Sequence record: PP216085
Reading direction: 5' to 3' (one strand)
Origin: Escherichia phage vB_EcoM_HZ_ZJUN4
DNA length: 64,000 bases
Below the pieces are notes generated by a model. It did no database searches. It had not been told where the DNA came from and saw only the letters and a list, made by a program, of their open reading frames with translations. Below, piece after piece: positions 39,369 to 49,050 of the stretch (positions within the stretch are counted from its first letter, which is position 1; every line of letters starts with the position of its first letter). Position numbers and translations under genes: made by a program.

Positions 39369-40919
39369 ATGATTAAGAATGAAATTAAAATTCTAAGCGA
39401 TATTGAACATATCAAAAAGCGTAGCGGCATGTATATTGGCTCTTCTGCTAATGAAATGCATGAGCGCTTTCTGTTTGGTAAATGGGAAAGTGTTCAGTAT
39501 GTACCTGGTCTTGTTAAGCTTATTGATGAAATTATCGATAACTCAGTAGATGAAGGTATTCGTACTAAGTTTAAATTCGCAAATAAAATTAATGTTACTA
39601 TTAAAAACAATCAAGTAACAGTTGAAGATAACGGTCGTGGTATTCCACAAGCGATGGTTAAAACACCTACCGGTGAAGAAATTCCTGGTCCTGTTGCTGC
39701 ATGGACTATTCCAAAAGCAGGCGGTAACTTTGGTGATGATAAAGAACGCGTCACTGGCGGTATGAACGGTGTTGGTTCTAGTTTAACTAACATTTTTTCT
39801 GTGATGTTTGTCGGTGAAACTGGCGACGGTCAAAATAATATTGTAGTTCGTTGTTCAAATGGCATGGAAAATAAATCATGGGAAACTATTCCTGGAAAAT
39901 GGAAAGGAACTCGCGTTACTTTCATTCCTGATTTTATGTCATTTGAAACTAATGAGCTATCTCAAGTTTATCTTGACATTACACTAGATCGTCTCCAGAC
40001 ACTTGCAGTAGTTTATCCTGATATTCAATTTACCTTTAATGGTAAAAAGGTTCAGGGTAATTTTAAGAAATATGCACGCCAATATGATGAACACGCTATC
40101 GTTCAAGAACAAGAAAATTGTTCTATTGCGGTTGGTCGTTCACCCGATGGTTTTCGTCAATTAACATACGTCAATAACATTCATACTAAGAATGGTGGCC
40201 ATCACATTGACTGCGTTATGGATGATATTTGTGAAGACCTTATTCCACAAATCAAACGTAAGTTCAAAATTGACGTAACTAAAGCACGTGTTAAAGAATG
40301 TTTGACTATCGTTATGTTTGTTCGTGATATGAAAAACATGCGATTTGATTCTCAAACTAAAGAGCGTCTGACTTCTCCATTTGGTGAAATCCGTAGTCAT
40401 ATTCAGCTTGATGCTAAAAAGATTTCACGTGCTATTTTGAATAATGAAGCAATTTTAATGCCAATCATTGAAGCTGCCTTGGCTCGTAAATTGGCGGCAG
40501 AAAAAGCAGCAGAAACTAAAGCAGCTAAAAAGGCTTCTAAAGCTAAGGTTCATAAACATATTAAAGCGAATCTTTGCGGTAAAGATGCTGATACTACTCT
40601 TTTCTTGACTGAGGGTGATTCTGCTATCGGATATCTTATTGATGTTCGTGATAAAGAACTTCATGGTGGTTATCCATTGCGTGGTAAAGTTCTTAACAGT
40701 TGGGGTATGTCATATGCTGATATGCTTAAAAATAAAGAACTGTTTGATATTTGCGCAATCACTGGATTAGTTCTTGGTGAAAAGGCGTTTGAAGAAAAAG
40801 AAGATGGCGAGTGGTTTACTTTCGAACTAAATGGCGATACAATTATCGTAAATGAAAATGATGAAGTACAGATTAATGGTAAATGGATAACAGTAGGTGA
40901 ATTACGAAAAAATCTATAA
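39369..40919 (+). CDS. 39: DNA topoisomerase II large subunit gp39 (GyrB-like ATPase), N-terminal part of split gene
   Basis: 516 aa from ATG 39369; GHKL ATPase motifs (NSVDEG, GRGIP, GGMNGVGSS). Confidence 0.9.
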   Translation: MIKNEIKILSDIEHIKKRSGMYIGSSANEMHERFLFGKWESVQYVPGLVKLIDEIIDNSVDEGIRTKFKFANKINVTIKNNQVTVEDNGRGIPQAMVKTPTGEEIPGPVAAWTIPKAGGNFGDDKERVTGGMNGVGSSLTNIFSVMFVGETGDGQNNIVVRCSNGMENKSWETIPGKWKGTRVTFIPDFMSFETNELSQVYLDITLDRLQTLAVVYPDIQFTFNGKKVQGNFKKYARQYDEHAIVQEQENCSIAVGRSPDGFRQLTYVNNIHTKNGGHHIDCVMDDICEDLIPQIKRKFKIDVTKARVKECLTIVMFVRDMKNMRFDSQTKERLTSPFGEIRSHIQLDAKKISRAILNNEAILMPIIEAALARKLAAEKAAETKAAKKASKAKVHKHIKANLCGKDADTTLFLTEGDSAIGYLIDVRDKELHGGYPLRGKVLNSWGMSYADMLKNKELFDICAITGLVLGEKAFEEKEDGEWFTFELNGDTIIVNENDEVQINGKWITVGELRKNL

Positions 40920-41715
40920 TGACTTAATAGTGCGGGGTAAAACCCGCGTTTCTAAATTTAAGGGTGAAATTCATCATATCCTTCCAAGATCAATGGGAGG
41001 TTCTGATGATAAAGAAAATTTGGTGAAACTGACTTTTCGTGAACATTTTTTAGCACATTTTCTACTATATAAAATTCATCGTAATCGTGAAATGGCATAT
41101 GCGATGAATAGAATGTTAAACACTGAAAAATATTTACGTTCTAGTAAATTATATGAAATTACTAGAATTTACCATCAAAGAGCAGTATCTGAATGGTCAA
41201 AAAACTTTATGAAAGATAAAGTTTTAATGAGAAGTATTAAATCGGGTAAATGCGCCTTATTAATTAAAGGATCATTTAACCCAAAGGAATGGTGCGGTGT
41301 TAATAAAGGTGTTAAGCTTCCTGGAATTAAAGGCATGACATGCTTTAAAAATGAAAAAGGCGAAGTTTTTCGTCTTCATGTTAATGATCCACGCATTAAA
41401 GCTGAAAAATTAGTTGGTATTGGAAATACTGTTGCTGCTACTGCAAAAGCAGCTGAACTTGAAAAAGCGAAACCATGGTATAATAAATCAGCGACAAATC
41501 CAGAGGCTGTAAAATTAATACCAAATTTATATGAATGGTACGTCACGAAATATGACCCCGATCATTATAAACGAACGGGAGTTGCTAAATGGAAATCAGT
41601 TAATAATATAACTGTGAATTCAAAATTATTCGGCCGAGCATTTAATGAATTTAAACGCGGTTGGATTCCTGATGAAAAGTTCTATGAGGTGTATAATGAA
41701 ATTTGTAAAAATTGA
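40897..41715 (+). CDS. mobA: HNH homing endonuclease (MobA-like) between genes 39 and 60
   Basis: 272 aa; EIHHILPRSMGGSDDKENLVKLTFREHFLAHF HNH core; overlaps 39 end and 60 start. Confidence 0.7.
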   Translation: MNYEKIYNDLIVRGKTRVSKFKGEIHHILPRSMGGSDDKENLVKLTFREHFLAHFLLYKIHRNREMAYAMNRMLNTEKYLRSSKLYEITRIYHQRAVSEWSKNFMKDKVLMRSIKSGKCALLIKGSFNPKEWCGVNKGVKLPGIKGMTCFKNEKGEVFRLHVNDPRIKAEKLVGIGNTVAATAKAAELEKAKPWYNKSATNPEAVKLIPNLYEWYVTKYDPDHYKRTGVAKWKSVNNITVNSKLFGRAFNEFKRGWIPDEKFYEVYNEICKN

Positions 41716-41833
41716 TTCTTCTAGCGTTGATATGAAAAAATATAAATTGCAGAACAATGTTCGTCGTTCTATTAAATCCTCTTCAATGAACTATGCGAAT
41801 GTCGCTATTATGACAGACGCAGATCACGATGGA
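41696..41833 (+). CDS. 60: topoisomerase II subunit gp60, codons 1-46 (pre-bypass)
   Basis: MKFVKIDSSSVDMKKYKLQNNVRRSIKSSSMNYANVAIMTDADHDG ends at take-off GGA followed by TAG. Confidence 0.9.
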
Positions 41834-41883
41834 TAGCCTTCGGGCTATCTATAGAAATACCTCATAATTAAGAGATTATTGGA
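41834..41883 (+). promoter_or_regulatory. 60: gene 60 translational bypass coding gap (50 nt): UAG stop plus take-off stem-loop tagccttcgggctatct, ending at landing GGA 41881-41883
   Basis: Sequence GAT GGA TAG CCTTCGGGCTATCTATAGAAATACCTCATAATTAAGAGATTATT GGA TTA GGT matches the T4 gene 60 hop element as I recall it. Confidence 0.9.
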
Positions 41884-42228
41884 TTAGGTTCTATTTATCC
41901 TTCTCTGCTCGGATTTTTTAGTAATTGGCCAGAATTGTTTGAACAAGGAAGAATTCGCTTTGTCAAAACTCCTGTAATCATCGCTCAGGTCGGTAAAAAA
42001 CAAGAATGGTTTTATACAGTCGCTGAATATGAGAGTGCCAAAGATGCTCTACCTAAACATAGCATCCGTTATATTAAAGGACTTGGCTCTTTGGAAAAAT
42101 CTGAATATCGTGAGATGATTCAAAACCCAGTATATGATGTTGTTAAACTTCCTGAGAACTGGAAAGAGCTTTTTGAAATGCTCATGGGAGATAATGCTGA
42201 CCTTCGTAAAGAATGGATGAGCCAGTAG
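41884..42228 (+). CDS. 60: gp60 post-bypass segment (LGSIYPSLLGFFSNW...)
   Basis: In-frame continuation after landing codon; track lists only 41935-42228 from an internal Met. Confidence 0.88.
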   Translation, partial: LGSIYPSLLGFFSNWPELFEQGRIRFVKTPVIIAQVGKKQEWFYTVAEYESAKDALPKHSIRYIKGLGSLEKSEYREMIQNPVYDVVKLPENWKELFEMLMGDNADLRKEWMSQ

Positions 42229-42258
42229 TTTACTTTACCACAAGGACGTGGTATAATT
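42225..42258 (+). promoter_or_regulatory. T4-type early promoter (GTTTAC 42228-42233, TGGTATAAT -10 42252-42257)
   Basis: Near-consensus. Confidence 0.6.
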
Positions 42259-42282
42259 AATTGGGCAAATGAGGATATTGAA

Positions 42283-42486
42283 ATGAAATCATATAAAGTA
42301 AATTTAGAACTTTTTGATAAAGCAGTTCATCGAGAATATAGAATCATTCAACGCTTTTTCGATATGGGAGAAGCCGAAGAGTTTAAAAACCGCTTTAAGA
42401 ATATTAGAGATAAAATTCAATCCGACACCGCAACTAAAGATGAACTACTAGAAGTTGCTGAAGTTATTAAACGCAATATGAATTAA
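42283..42486 (+). CDS. hypothetical protein
   Basis: 67-aa ORF upstream of rIIA. Confidence 0.5.
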   Translation: MKSYKVNLELFDKAVHREYRIIQRFFDMGEAEEFKNRFKNIRDKIQSDTATKDELLEVAEVIKRNMN

Positions 42487-42496
42487 TGAGGAAATT

Positions 42497-44674
42497 ATGA
42501 TTATCACCACTGAAAAAGAAACTATTCTTGGTAATGGTTCTAAATCAAAAGCATTTAGCATCACAGCATCTCCTAAAGTATTTAAAATTCTGTCATCTGA
42601 TTTGTATACAAACAAGATTCGCGCAGTAGTACGTGAATTGATTACTAATATGATTGATGCCCATGCTCTTAATGGAAATCCTGAAAAATTTATCATACAA
42701 GTTCCAGGACGATTAGACCCACGATTTGTTTGCCGAGATTTTGGTCCGGGTATGAGCGATTTTGATATTCAGGGTGATGATAATTCTCCTGGGTTGTATA
42801 ATTCATACTTTAGTTCATCTAAGGCTGAATCTAACGATTTCATTGGCGGATTTGGTTTAGGTTCTAAATCTCCGTTTAGTTATACTGATACATTTAGTAT
42901 TACTTCATATCATAAAGGTGAAATTCGTGGTTATGTAGCTTACATGGATGGTGACGGTCCGCAGATTAAACCTACATTCGTAAAAGAAATGGGTCCAAAT
43001 GATAAAACTGGTATTGAAATCGTAGTTCCAGTTGAAGAAAAAGACTTTAGAAACTTTGCTTATGAAGTTTCTTATATCATGCGACCATTCAAAGATTTGG
43101 CTATTATTAATGGTCTTGACCGTGAAATTGATTATTTTCCGGATTTTGATGACTATTACGGCGTAAATCCAGAAAGATATTGGCCAGATCGTGGTGGATT
43201 GTATGCTATCTATGGCGGTATTGTTTATCCTATTGATGGTGTTATTAGAGACCGTAACTGGTTAAGCATCCGCAATGAAGTGAATTATATTAAGTTTCCA
43301 ATGGGTTCACTTGATATTGCTCCATCGCGTGAGGCTCTTTCACTAGATGATCGTACTCGTAAAAATATTATTGAGCGTGTTAAAGAGCTCAGTGAGAAGG
43401 CATTTAATGAAGATGTAAAACGATTTAAAGAATCTACATCTCCTCGTCATACATACCGTGAATTGATGAAGATGGGGTATTCTGCTCGAGATTATATGAT
43501 TAGTAATTCAGTCAAATTCACGACTAAAAATCTGTCATATAAGAAGATGCAGAGCATGTTTGAACCTGACAGTAAGTTATGCAATGCAGGGGTTGTGTAT
43601 GAAGTAAATCTTGACCCTCGACTGAAACGCATTAAGCAAAGTCATGAAACTTCAGCCGTTGCATCAAGCTATCGTCTGTTTGGTATTAATACGACAAAAA
43701 TTAATATTGTTATTGATAATACTAAAAATCGTGTTAATATTGTCCGTGGATTAGCACGCGCGTTAGATGATAGTGAATTTAATAACACCTTAAATATTCA
43801 TCACAATGAGCGGCTTCTGTTTATTAATCCGGAAGTAGAATCGCAGATTGATTTGCTTCCTGATATTATGGCAATGTTTGAAAGTGATGAAGTTAACATT
43901 CATTATTTATCAGAAATTGAAGCTTTAGTTAAAAGTTATATTCCAAAGGCAGTAAAAAGTACAGCTCCTCGTCCTAAAGCTGCTACTGCATTTAAGTTTG
44001 AAATTAAAGACGGGCGCTGGGAAAAAGAGGAATTGTTTACGCTCACATCAGAAGCAGATGAAATTACTGGTTATGTAGCATACATGCATCGTTCTGATAT
44101 TTTCTCTATGGATGGTACTACATCGCTTTGTCATCCATCTACGAGTATTTTGACTCGTATGGCTAATCTTATTGGCATTAATGAATTTTATGTTATTCGT
44201 CCGCTTTTGCAGAAAAAGGTAAAAGAACTTGGTCAATGCCAATGTATTTTTGAAACTTTGCGTGATTTATATGTAGATGCTTTTGATGATGTAGATTATG
44301 ATAAGTATGTAGGTTATTCAAGTTCAGCTAAACGATATATTGATAAAATTATCAAGTATCCTGAGTTAGATTTTATGATGAAGTACTTCAGTGTAGATGA
44401 AGTTTCTGAAGAATATACACGACTCGCTAATATGGTTAGTTCATTACAGGGTGTATATTTCAACGGTGGAAAAGATACCATCGGTCATGACATCTGGACA
44501 GTAACTAATCTTTTTGATGTATTATCAAATAATGCTTCAAAAAACAGTGATAAAATGGTTGCTGAGTTTACCAAGAAATTCCGTATTGTTTCCGACTTCA
44601 TCGGTTATCGCAACTCTTTAAGTGATGATGAAGTTTCCCAAATCGCTAAAACTATGAAGGCCCTTGCGGCCTAA
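42497..44674 (+). CDS. rIIA: rIIA membrane-associated protein (lysis inhibition / exclusion phenotype)
   Basis: 725 aa; size and position as T4 rIIA; GHKL-like N-terminal region. Confidence 0.88.
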   Translation: MIITTEKETILGNGSKSKAFSITASPKVFKILSSDLYTNKIRAVVRELITNMIDAHALNGNPEKFIIQVPGRLDPRFVCRDFGPGMSDFDIQGDDNSPGLYNSYFSSSKAESNDFIGGFGLGSKSPFSYTDTFSITSYHKGEIRGYVAYMDGDGPQIKPTFVKEMGPNDKTGIEIVVPVEEKDFRNFAYEVSYIMRPFKDLAIINGLDREIDYFPDFDDYYGVNPERYWPDRGGLYAIYGGIVYPIDGVIRDRNWLSIRNEVNYIKFPMGSLDIAPSREALSLDDRTRKNIIERVKELSEKAFNEDVKRFKESTSPRHTYRELMKMGYSARDYMISNSVKFTTKNLSYKKMQSMFEPDSKLCNAGVVYEVNLDPRLKRIKQSHETSAVASSYRLFGINTTKINIVIDNTKNRVNIVRGLARALDDSEFNNTLNIHHNERLLFINPEVESQIDLLPDIMAMFESDEVNIHYLSEIEALVKSYIPKAVKSTAPRPKAATAFKFEIKDGRWEKEELFTLTSEADEITGYVAYMHRSDIFSMDGTTSLCHPSTSILTRMANLIGINEFYVIRPLLQKKVKELGQCQCIFETLRDLYVDAFDDVDYDKYVGYSSSAKRYIDKIIKYPELDFMMKYFSVDEVSEEYTRLANMVSSLQGVYFNGGKDTIGHDIWTVTNLFDVLSNNASKNSDKMVAEFTKKFRIVSDFIGYRNSLSDDEVSQIAKTMKALAA

Positions 44675-44685
44675 TAAGGAAAATT

Positions 44686-45624
44686 ATGTACAATATTAAA
44701 TGCCTGACCAAAAACGAACAAGCTGAAATTGTTAAACTGTATTCAAGCGGTAATTATACCCAACAGGAATTGGCTTATTGGAAAGATGTATCGGTTGACA
44801 CCATCCGTCGTGTTTTGAAAAATGCTGAAGAAGCTGAACGCTCCAAAGTTACTATTAGCGGTGACATTACAGTTGAAGTTAAGAGTGATGTAGCTATTGC
44901 TCCAGTTGCTAAATCTGACATTATTTGGAATGCATCTAAAAAATTCATTTCAATTACTGTTGACGGCGTAACTTATAACGCAACTCCTAATACTCATTCA
45001 AACTTCCAGGAAATTCTTAACCTGCTTGTTGCAGATAAATTGGAAGAAGCAGCACAAAAAATTAACGTTCGTCGCGCTGTTGAAAAATATATTTCCGGTG
45101 ATGTTCGAATTGAAGGTGGAAGCTTGTTCTATCAAAACATTGAATTGCGGTCTGGTTTAGTTGATCGTATTCTCGATTCGATGGAAAAAGGCGAAAACTT
45201 TGAATTTTATTTTCCGTTCTTGGAAAATCTGCTGGAAAACCCAAGCCAAAAAGCGGTATCTCGACTCTTTGATTTCTTGGTAGCAAACGATATTGAAATT
45301 ACAGAAGACGGTTACTTCTATGCTTGGAAAGTAGTTCGCAGTAATTACTTTGACTGCCATTCAAATACTTTTGATAACAGTCCTGGTAAAGTAGTTAAAA
45401 TGCCACGTACTCGTGTGAATGACGATGATACACAAACTTGTTCTCGTGGTCTGCATGTGTGTTCTAAATCTTATATTCGTCACTTTGGCAGTTCAACCAG
45501 CCGAGTTGTAAAAGTTAAAGTACATCCTCGCGATGTAGTATCAATTCCGATTGATTACAACGATGCTAAAATGCGTACCTGCCAATACGAAGTAGTTGAA
45601 GACGTTACTGAACAATTTAAATAA
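44686..45624 (+). CDS. rIIB: rIIB protein
   Basis: 312 aa directly after rIIA. Confidence 0.88.
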   Translation: MYNIKCLTKNEQAEIVKLYSSGNYTQQELAYWKDVSVDTIRRVLKNAEEAERSKVTISGDITVEVKSDVAIAPVAKSDIIWNASKKFISITVDGVTYNATPNTHSNFQEILNLLVADKLEEAAQKINVRRAVEKYISGDVRIEGGSLFYQNIELRSGLVDRILDSMEKGENFEFYFPFLENLLENPSQKAVSRLFDFLVANDIEITEDGYFYAWKVVRSNYFDCHSNTFDNSPGKVVKMPRTRVNDDDTQTCSRGLHVCSKSYIRHFGSSTSRVVKVKVHPRDVVSIPIDYNDAKMRTCQYEVVEDVTEQFK

Positions 45625-45639
45625 GGGCTTCGGCCCCTT
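45623..45639 (+). other. RNA hairpin aagggcttcggcccctt overlapping rIIB stop (no T run)
   Basis: GC stem with UUCG loop; may be a stability element rather than terminator. Confidence 0.4.
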
Positions 45640-45652
45640 ACTGAGGAAAATT

Positions 45653-45847
45653 ATGTTAGGTTATCAAGCACGAGTAAAAGAAGAATACGATCAATTAATG
45701 CTCAAAATTAATGCGCTGAGCAAATTTTTAGAAAGCACAAAGTTTCTAACGATTAATGAAGTTGAACAAGAATTACTGCTTTCACAGTTCATCTCAATGA
45801 AATCTTACGCAGATTGTTTAGAAAAAAGAATTGCACAATTCAAATAA
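45653..45847 (+). CDS. hypothetical protein (64 aa)
   Basis: ATG 45653 after GAGG; track ORF 45596-45847 reads through the hairpin. Confidence 0.45.
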   Translation: MLGYQARVKEEYDQLMLKINALSKFLESTKFLTINEVEQELLLSQFISMKSYADCLEKRIAQFK

Positions 45848-45850
45848 AAT

Positions 45851-45870
45851 AAGGGGCTTCGGCCCTTTTG
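45851..45870 (+). terminator. hairpin aaggggcttcggccctt + TTGTTTT
   Basis: GC stem, UUCG loop, T-rich tail. Confidence 0.6.
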
Positions 45871-45885
45871 TTTTAAGGAAAAATT

Positions 45886-46215
45886 ATGATTTATTGTATG
45901 AATATCGGTGATTCCGACATAAAAGAGATTAAACTGCACGGAAATCATCACGCTAATATTGTGTACTGCAATAAATTTGAGTTTGGTCACGAAAAACTTG
46001 GGTTTCTTTACTGTAATGATGTTATAGTCATGGATAAAAAGGAACTCGATGATCTCGACCATGAGTCTTTAGATGAAAATGATCGAATTTATTATGGCAC
46101 TCTTAAAGTATATAACGCTTATCTCAGCGGTAAAAAGGAAAGTCTAAATGCAGAAAACGAATCCGGGTTTACAGAGACTATTTCAGATTCCGACATTTAC
46201 CCTATCGAACAATGA
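45886..46215 (+). CDS. hypothetical protein
   Basis: 109-aa ORF. Confidence 0.5.
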   Translation: MIYCMNIGDSDIKEIKLHGNHHANIVYCNKFEFGHEKLGFLYCNDVIVMDKKELDDLDHESLDENDRIYYGTLKVYNAYLSGKKESLNAENESGFTETISDSDIYPIEQ

Positions 46216-46705
46216 TTTGACTAGTGAAATGAAGGTCAAAATTGCTGATACAGCAAGATACTCTTTAAAACAAAATCCAAATCAGGATAAAGCAGAAGTC
46301 ATCGAAAGATGCCGTATCGCTGTGTATGCAGAGTTTTTTGTAGCAGATTGGTTAAGCGGGTATGTTAACAAAGGCCAAGAGGATGTTAATGACCCGTATA
46401 CATACGCATGGGATGTATTGGCGCATCCAAGATACTGCGGGCTTCGTGTAGAAGTTAAGACACATCAAACTGACTCACGTTGGATTTCTGTAACAACAGG
46501 ATGCAGCGGAGAGTATCCATACGGTTCTGGAATAAATCTAGGGCCCATTCTGAATCATCAGGTCGCTGACTGTATAATTATATTCAACACTAAAGAAATT
46601 CACCCAGGTGTCATCCAGTACACTCCGAAGTTCATCGGTGATAGAGAAGACCTTCGTAAAGTTGTAAGAAAAAGCAACTACAACGGATGGTATCTTTCCA
46701 TTTAA
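46148..46705 (+). CDS. denB: hypothetical protein at T4 denB (endonuclease IV) position; start uncertain
   Basis: 185-aa ORF, size matches T4 endo IV; assignment by position. Confidence 0.45.
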   Translation: MQKTNPGLQRLFQIPTFTLSNNDLTSEMKVKIADTARYSLKQNPNQDKAEVIERCRIAVYAEFFVADWLSGYVNKGQEDVNDPYTYAWDVLAHPRYCGLRVEVKTHQTDSRWISVTTGCSGEYPYGSGINLGPILNHQVADCIIIFNTKEIHPGVIQYTPKFIGDREDLRKVVRKSNYNGWYLSI

Positions 46706-46710
46706 AAAAT

Positions 46711-46785
46711 TTCACAAAACGGTTTACATACCACAAGGACTGTGGTACTATACAACTATCAACTGATGCGGATTTGGAGAATAAA
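46711..46785 (+). promoter_or_regulatory. early promoter/leader cassette copy B (PeSL-like)
   Basis: ttcacaaaacggtttaca...tgtggtactatacaactatcaactgatgcggatttggagaataaaatg, near-identical to copy A. Confidence 0.7.
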
Positions 46786-46992
46786 ATGTTTACTACAGCT
46801 GAATTAAAACGAGCAAAAGCTAAGAAAGGGCAAGGAAAATATAAAGCTGAATTAGTTAAAGAACTTCAGTTTGCTGAGGCTGAATTGAATTCAATGATTA
46901 TTCAAAATGCTCCAGAAACTGAAATTGCTCTTAAACGTATTGCGAATAAGTGTCTTCGTGATGCAATTGTCGATCTTTTAGCGGATTATTGA
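46786..46992 (+). CDS. hypothetical protein (68 aa)
   Basis: ATG 46786 directly after cassette leader; track ORF 46687-46992 includes leader. Confidence 0.5.
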   Translation: MFTTAELKRAKAKKGQGKYKAELVKELQFAEAELNSMIIQNAPETEIALKRIANKCLRDAIVDLLADY

Positions 46993-47261
46993 ATAAAATG
47001 AAATTTAAATTTTATTACGCTAAACATAAAATAACTGATGAGTTTGTGTCAGTTGAATATTCTAGCGATGATGAAGGTATGATTTATACTCGCTTGGGAC
47101 TATCGCACTGGGAGTCTGATACGCCTTATTTTTCAACTCCCGAAGAAATTACACGCTTAGTTAATGGTCATATGAATGACCACTGGAATGTAATTCTTTC
47201 AGATAGTCTTAAAGCGGCTATTAATAGTAATGAAATGAAAATCGCTGAGATTGAACTATGA
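46989..47261 (+). CDS. hypothetical protein
   Basis: 90-aa ORF, ATGA overlap. Confidence 0.5.
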   Translation: MNKMKFKFYYAKHKITDEFVSVEYSSDDEGMIYTRLGLSHWESDTPYFSTPEEITRLVNGHMNDHWNVILSDSLKAAINSNEMKIAEIEL

Positions 47262-47439
47262 GTTCATTATGGTGGTGTTTTGTTTGGTTAATTAGTATTC
47301 CATTGATTTGTTTAGTATTTACTTTTGTGATGAGGTTATTATGAAAATTTTGAATTCTGTACTTATTGCTTGTGCATGGTGGGTTGCGCAAGTTTCAGCA
47401 GTAGTAGTTGGTATTCACATTTATTACGAATATTTTTAA

Positions 47440-47504
47440 AAAAGTTATTTACAAGACTGTTCCTCTGTGGTATTATTACCCTATCAACTACGGAGGAACA
47501 GAAA
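47440..47504 (+). promoter_or_regulatory. early promoter/leader, diverged relative of the PeSL-like cassette (ATTTACA...TGGTATTATTACCCTATCAACTACGGAGGAACAGAAAATG)
   Basis: Shares tatcaact and ggag-aaaatg leader. Confidence 0.45.
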
Positions 47505-47618
47505 ATGAAAAAGATTGTTAAAGCTATATGGAATGTAGTTATAATACTAATAGTTTTGAGTATATTCCCAATCGTTTTAATGATTGATGTATTAAACGCT
47601 TACTTTGGATTTATGTGA
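47505..47618 (+). CDS. hypothetical small membrane protein (37 aa)
   Basis: Hydrophobic; ATG after leader. Confidence 0.35.
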   Translation: MKKIVKAIWNVVIILIVLSIFPIVLMIDVLNAYFGFM

Positions 47619-47823
47619 GGAAAATATGAAGCGTAAACGTAGTGCTTTTACATTTATGGAATGGTTTTTCGATAATATTTTTCCAGCTTTATTCATTTTC
47701 ATGCTGATTTTTGCCTTAGGTTCAGTTGTAGTTGGAATCTATTTGATGGCAGTTGTCGGAATGGACATTCATCAAAATGGCTTAAAATCTGTAGTTGAAA
47801 CAATTTGGAATGGTGTAAAATAA
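47605..47823 (+). CDS. hypothetical membrane protein
   Basis: 72-aa ORF with hydrophobic helix. Confidence 0.45.
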   Translation: MDLCEENMKRKRSAFTFMEWFFDNIFPALFIFMLIFALGSVVVGIYLMAVVGMDIHQNGLKSVVETIWNGVK

Positions 47824-47938
47824 TGAATTTACTAAGCATTTGGTTTTATATTCTTATGTTTTACATTGGTGCAAATTTCCCATACTGGATGGGATGGTCA
47901 ACAACTGCATTTGGATTTTATACTCCCTGAGGTGAATT

Positions 47939-48154
47939 ATGAAAATTTTTAAAGATGTAAAGGTCGGTGAAATTTTTTGCTTAGATAATGGTGATCAGTT
48001 AATTCGTATTTCACCTCTTAAGAGCACTAGCGAGAAAATGACAGTTAACGCTACTTTAGCAAATAACAGTAATGAACGTTTCTGTATTGAAAATGATACT
48101 GAAACTTATACTGTAGAAGAATTCTGGGAATTAAGTGTCGACTGCGACGATTAA
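47939..48154 (+). CDS. hypothetical protein
   Basis: 71-aa ORF after GAGG. Confidence 0.45.
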   Translation: MKIFKDVKVGEIFCLDNGDQLIRISPLKSTSEKMTVNATLANNSNERFCIENDTETYTVEEFWELSVDCDD

Positions 48155-48214
48155 TTTATCGGCCGTGTGTATTCATGCGGCCTTGGAGTAGAAAATAATT
48201 TAGAGGAAATTAAT

Positions 48215-48670
48215 ATGAAATACATGACTGTTACTGATCTGAATAATGCAGGCGCAACTGTTATTGGTACAATTAAGGGCGGTGAATGGGTTTTTGGAAC
48301 TCCGCATAAAGACATTTTGTCTAACCCTGGATTTTACTTTTTAGTAAGCAAATTTGGTGGTCCATTTGATAGTCCATGTGTATCTGCACGATTTTATGTA
48401 GGTAATCAGCGTTCTAAACAAGGATTTAGCGCAGTTCTAAGTCATATTCGCCAGCGTCGGTCTCAGCTTGCGCGTACTATTGCAAATAACAATGTTCCAT
48501 ACACGGTATTTTATCTACCTGCTTCTAAGATGAAACCTCTGACGACGGGATTTGGAAAAGGTCAGTTAGCTTTAGCGTTTACTCGTAATCATCATTCTGA
48601 GTATCAAACACTTGAAGAAATGAACCGTATGTTGGCTGATAACTTTAAATTTGTTTTGCAGGCATATTAA
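48215..48670 (+). CDS. ndd: nucleoid disruption protein Ndd
   Basis: 151 aa from ATG 48215 ([25 protein letters not shown]...) recognised as T4 Ndd. Confidence 0.85.
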
Positions 48671-48750
48671 TGAGTAATTTCCATAACGAACATGTAATGC
48701 AGTTCTATCGTAACAATCTTAAAACTAAAGGCGTCTTCGGACGCCAGTGA
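48670..48750 (+). CDS. stp: Stp peptide (26 aa), activator of host PrrC anticodon nuclease / EcoprrI inhibitor
   Basis: [26 protein letters not shown]; ATG overlaps ndd stop; contains hairpin ggcgtcttcggacgcc. Confidence 0.75.
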
Positions 48751-48757
48751 GGAAAAT

Positions 48758-48913
48758 ATGAATATTGCAAAACTATTAGGAGTTATTTCATTTATTTGTT
48801 GGATAGTAGCATGTGTTTTAACTATCTGTATCGATGCTAGCAGTGTGTTTTCGCAAGCTTTAGCTCAGGGTATGTGTGCATATTTAACATTTGCGTTGTT
48901 ATCTAATGATTAA
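48758..48913 (+). CDS. ac: small membrane protein (51 aa), probable ac (acridine sensitivity) gene
   Basis: 51-aa hydrophobic ORF after GAGG, position between stp and 52. Confidence 0.5.
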   Translation: MNIAKLLGVISFICWIVACVLTICIDASSVFSQALAQGMCAYLTFALLSND

Positions 48914-49046
48914 GAAAATCTTGGGCTACTCGGTAGCCCTTGCTGCTTTATTGGTAGCACTATATTATGGAGTAATGTTCGGATTAATTCAAGTCGTGCT
49001 TTTCATTTCTGATGTTATTATGGCACTACATTCACTAGTATGGTAA
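48906..49046 (+). CDS. hypothetical small membrane protein (46 aa)
   Basis: Hydrophobic ORF overlapping previous stop. Confidence 0.35.
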   Translation: MIKKILGYSVALAALLVALYYGVMFGLIQVVLFISDVIMALHSLVW

Positions 49047-49050
49047 ATTT

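Noticed and set aside
38870-39430. 186-aa minus-strand ORF spanning the lipoprotein gene, terminator and gene 39 start
   Set aside because: Crosses an intergenic terminator/promoter and overlaps two plus-strand genes with good signals; no SD.
41834-41852. GC hairpin tagccttcgggctatct resembling the intrinsic terminators seen elsewhere
   Set aside because: It directly follows GGA-TAG inside gene 60 and is the take-off stem-loop of the translational bypass element, not a terminator.
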